Source: Rotaria socialis (lineage: Eukaryota). Taken from it: a DNA stretch of 36,063 bases. The DNA is taken from positions 1 through 36,063 of the forward strand of contig CAJNYD010000154.1 in the NCBI GenBank assembly GCA_905331295.1. Reading direction: 5' to 3'. The notes beneath the pieces were generated by a model, which saw only the letters and a list, made by a program, of their open reading frames with translations, was not told the origin of the DNA and ran no database searches. Position numbers and translations under genes: made by a program. Positions 33,236 to 36,063 of the stretch are shown here, piece by piece. Position 1 is the first letter of the stretch; each line of letters opens with the position of its first letter.

Positions 33236-34160
33236 ATGTAGTTATAACCCTATTCCAAAAAAAATCAAATATCTCCACATAAATGCCTAAATTTCAACAT
33301 CTACTTGATTGACTACATGTTTGAAAGTGTTTAATTTCAAAATTCAGGCCTACATTCATGCATCAAAGATTTTCAGAAAACCGATCTTAAAATTGATTCA
33401 TGAATGCTCTCAGTTGACAATTGGCATACGAAATTCGATTGCCATCATGAAAACAAGTCGGATCACAAATTGAAACGTATAAAATGGTTCAATGCTAATT
33501 AATAAATTTCATAATAATAAAAAGTTTGAAACATCAGTTCGCGTGGATTGACCTGCAGACGCCTGCAAGCCAAGCCAGGCTGCATGCTGACGCTCGAAAT
33601 TTAGGGTGACCTGCCAGCCAGACCAGGTCAGGCTGCAAAAAGTGGTCTGTTGGTAGTTCTGCCCCACCCTATATGTGATCTATACAAATTCTCAAATACC
33701 CACATCGGCTGATGTCATAGCTCTAGCAAATTCATTCCTTAAACATGTACCAATAGAATTGGTACAGTTGAGATAAATAGCAATTCGAGTTGAAGGTTCT
33801 TCAGAAAAAAAAAGTTATTTGCTACTTTTTTGTTATTAATAACAACCGAATAACAATAACTTCTCACCCCTTCTTTCAAGAACTTTCTCCAGAAAAAATA
33901 CTCGCTGATGGCTCATGGTACAGGCTTTACCCGCATATTAAAGCGGACGGCAGGTATAACATTAATTGCTCATGTTAAAATCAAGATTTCGCAGGCGATT
34001 TTACTTTGAACATAGTCGATCTCATTTCAGTATGCGCTATTTTTCAGTTAAACTTGCTGTGAAATCAATTCATCAATAGACACATTGCACTCGCAATCAA
34101 CTACACATTCTCATGCAGTGTTAACTGACTGAATTTCTGCAATTAAACGCAATAATCAAG

Positions 34161-34256
34161 TTGGGTGTGGGTGTGGGGATGGGGTTGTGGGTGTAGGTGT
34201 TAGTGTGGATGTAGGCGAATAGAGCATCGCGCACCCACACCCACACCTCACATCCT
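34161..34256. repeat. (TGTGGG)-like repeats followed by inverted (CCCACA) repeats
   Basis: tgggtgtgggtgtgggg...gcacccacacccacacc. Confidence 0.7.
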
Positions 34257-35234
34257 CTTTCTGACCAGTATACACAGAGCTTGAAATATTGCTAAAACAT
34301 TGTACATAAAGCTGGGGGAGAAACGGCAGAATTTTTTACTTCAAGTAATTTGTACTACTTCAAAGTACTTTGGGGTAGTTTAAAGTACTTTAAGCGAAGG
34401 GTGTTGGTGTGGCTGGTGTTCTTCTAAGTAACATACACACCCACACCATCAAGACAGCAAAAGTATACAATTCTAACAAAATATTATCGGGTTCAATAAT
34501 GTTGTTTATGTCATCTATACCGTCTAAAACACTGTCCATGGTCACCATCATTCTTGTCATCGCTGACTATTTTCCCGTCTACTGTAAGGCAGATATGCAA
34601 AAAAAACTAGTTATATTCGTATGTTTTTATGTCCGACCGTTCGCACAAAATGAAAAAAATGTTTTTTGATCTGTCTTATGGAAATTTCTTATGAAGTTTG
34701 ACTAAACGTAATCGGAATCCGCGAACTCGAATCCGTGATTAGTTTTAGAGATTTTGGTTTTTGCTTTGTTTGATACAGTGGGACAAATAGTGGTGATGGG
34801 TAGCCGTGAGTGGCGCCCTCTAGTGGCGCCGACGCGCTACTAGCCGTTGAATAGAAACTTTTTCGAAATGGTGCTGCACACGTATCAGTTCCACAGGTTT
34901 ACTTTCTGCAGCTCGCTCGCTCGTTTTCGGCGGAGACGTTGCTTGAGATGAACAAAACAGCGACCAAATGAGAGTCCGAGCAAAATGGCTGGGTATGTTG
35001 TATAAGGCAAGCATTTCTTCTGTTGGTATGGAAACAGGCTTTTGAAAGAAGCGGAGTCATAAGTATGTGGATTGCCTTTGGACAATGAGGATGTATGTAC
35101 GAAGTACATTATAATATGGAAACGATTAGCCGTGAATGGCGCTCGGTAGGGGCGCTGACGAACGATTGACCGCTGAGCAGAAGCTTAGTAGAAAGAACGT
35201 TTTGAACCACTGTAACTAGTTTAGTGATTATATA

Positions 35235-35238
35235 TTAA

Positions 35239-35325
<87 letters not shown>

Positions 35326-36063
35326 NCCCCCCCCCCCCCCCGTCACAAAAATTCACTTTTGGTCAGAAGCATTGAAACTGAGATAAATAAATAGGGAGAT
35401 AGCCCGTGATCTGCTCTTTCAGAAATGACAAAAATTTCTTTCAATAGTTCCGTTTTTCAGAAAACTTTTGAAAATTTTCGTTATCGCCTATTCGAAAAGA
35501 AAGAATTTTTTTTAGAGTGTACTTCTCCTTTTCGCCTCACACATTCAATTTTGCCATAATGGTCGAAATTGAAATAAATTCATGGGAAGATAGCCCTTGA
35601 TGTGCTCTTTCAGGAACAAAAAGAATTTTCTTCACTACTTCAGTTTTTTCGAAAAATGTTCAAGATTTTCGTCACCGCTAAGCAAAAAATAAGCTTTTTT
35701 CAGAAAAAAGCCAAAAAGATTTTCGGCTTTTTCTCAGTTTTCATTTTCCCAAAAGTGCATCCCAAATTTATCCTTCCTGGTTCATTCAATGTATTAATAT
35801 TTTTTGTTTGTCTAAAAGAGCATCTCAACACGCAGGGCATGACATTGCCCTTTTTTAAAATTATGTCTTTGTTTGGTCAATATACAGTCAGTTATATGAT
35901 TTTGCTACCACTTTTGACACTTTTTTGAGTCATTGAACTTGTGATCCATTTTTTGCGCTTAAAAAAGGACTCTTTCAAAACAGAGCAATGTCATGCCCTG
36001 CGTCTTGAGATGCTCTTTCCAACAACAAAAAAATATTAATATATTGAACGAACCAGGACCGAG
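35235..36063. mobile_element. Probable palindromic MITE starting TTAA-GGGG (Kolobok-like) and running off the window; poly-G/N/poly-C at 35239-35341 is likely an artefact
   Basis: 35775-35850 is inverted at 35983-36058 (centre ~35915); repeated gatagccc.tgat.tgctctttcag motif at ~35397 and ~35589. Confidence 0.5.

Larger units (their letters stand above)
32463..33661 (-). mobile_element. Decayed hAT element with CCAGGC subrepeats
   Basis: Termini caaaagctgctaac / cagaactaccaac; flanks GCCCACCC / CCCCACCC; fragments resembling a hAT C-terminal domain on the minus strand. Confidence 0.65.
31867..33671. mobile_element. Tc1-type MITE (TA-CAGGGTGG termini, ~240-bp arms) with its right tip split by a hAT insertion
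   Basis: 31867-~32105 is inverted at ~32230-32462; the terminus resumes as cccaccctata after 33661. Confidence 0.82.
31680..33870. mobile_element. Palindromic Tc1-type MITE with arms 31680-31866 and 33672-33870; left tip TAGGGGTG displaced to 26217-26224
   Basis: Arms align (ttctgaagaaccttcaa...ctatttatctcaact.taccaattctattggtacatgtt). taggggtg + tgaatttattg reconstructs the right-end reverse complement aaggggtgagaagttattg. Confidence 0.75.

Noticed and set aside
35239..35341. 87-nt poly-G, N, then poly-C as a real G-quadruplex or hairpin
   Set aside because: Abuts an N; long pure G runs at contig ends are a common sequencing or gap-fill artefact

Overview
AT-rich, transposon-saturated eukaryotic DNA, not prokaryotic. 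It is probably an invertebrate, and the TE content resembles bdelloid rotifers, but that is inference. It contains one host gene: the 3' part of a fungal-type FAD-dependent phenol 2-monooxygenase on the + strand. Its large exon (~5039-6081) ends at a GT donor. The missing C-terminal 53 aa are in a terminal exon at 24582-24743 that the ORF track misses, so the gene spans an intron of ~18.5 kb, with a single-N scaffold gap at 24046. The 5' exons lie upstream of the window. The intron holds a deep nest of TEs, including an intact-ORF Tc1/mariner-superfamily element with a DD37E triad and unusual motifs (12653-14668). It also holds a young 2.7-kb LTR element with gag-protease but no RT, RNase H or integrase (14994-17694), inserted in a TTAGG-like array. 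A second nest lies at ~26217-33870. Other elements are MITEs with clear TIRs/TSDs, three DINE-1/Helentron-like elements and a foldback element with patchy arm identity. No rRNA, tRNA or CRISPR was seen. All alignments were made by eye, so percent identities are estimates.
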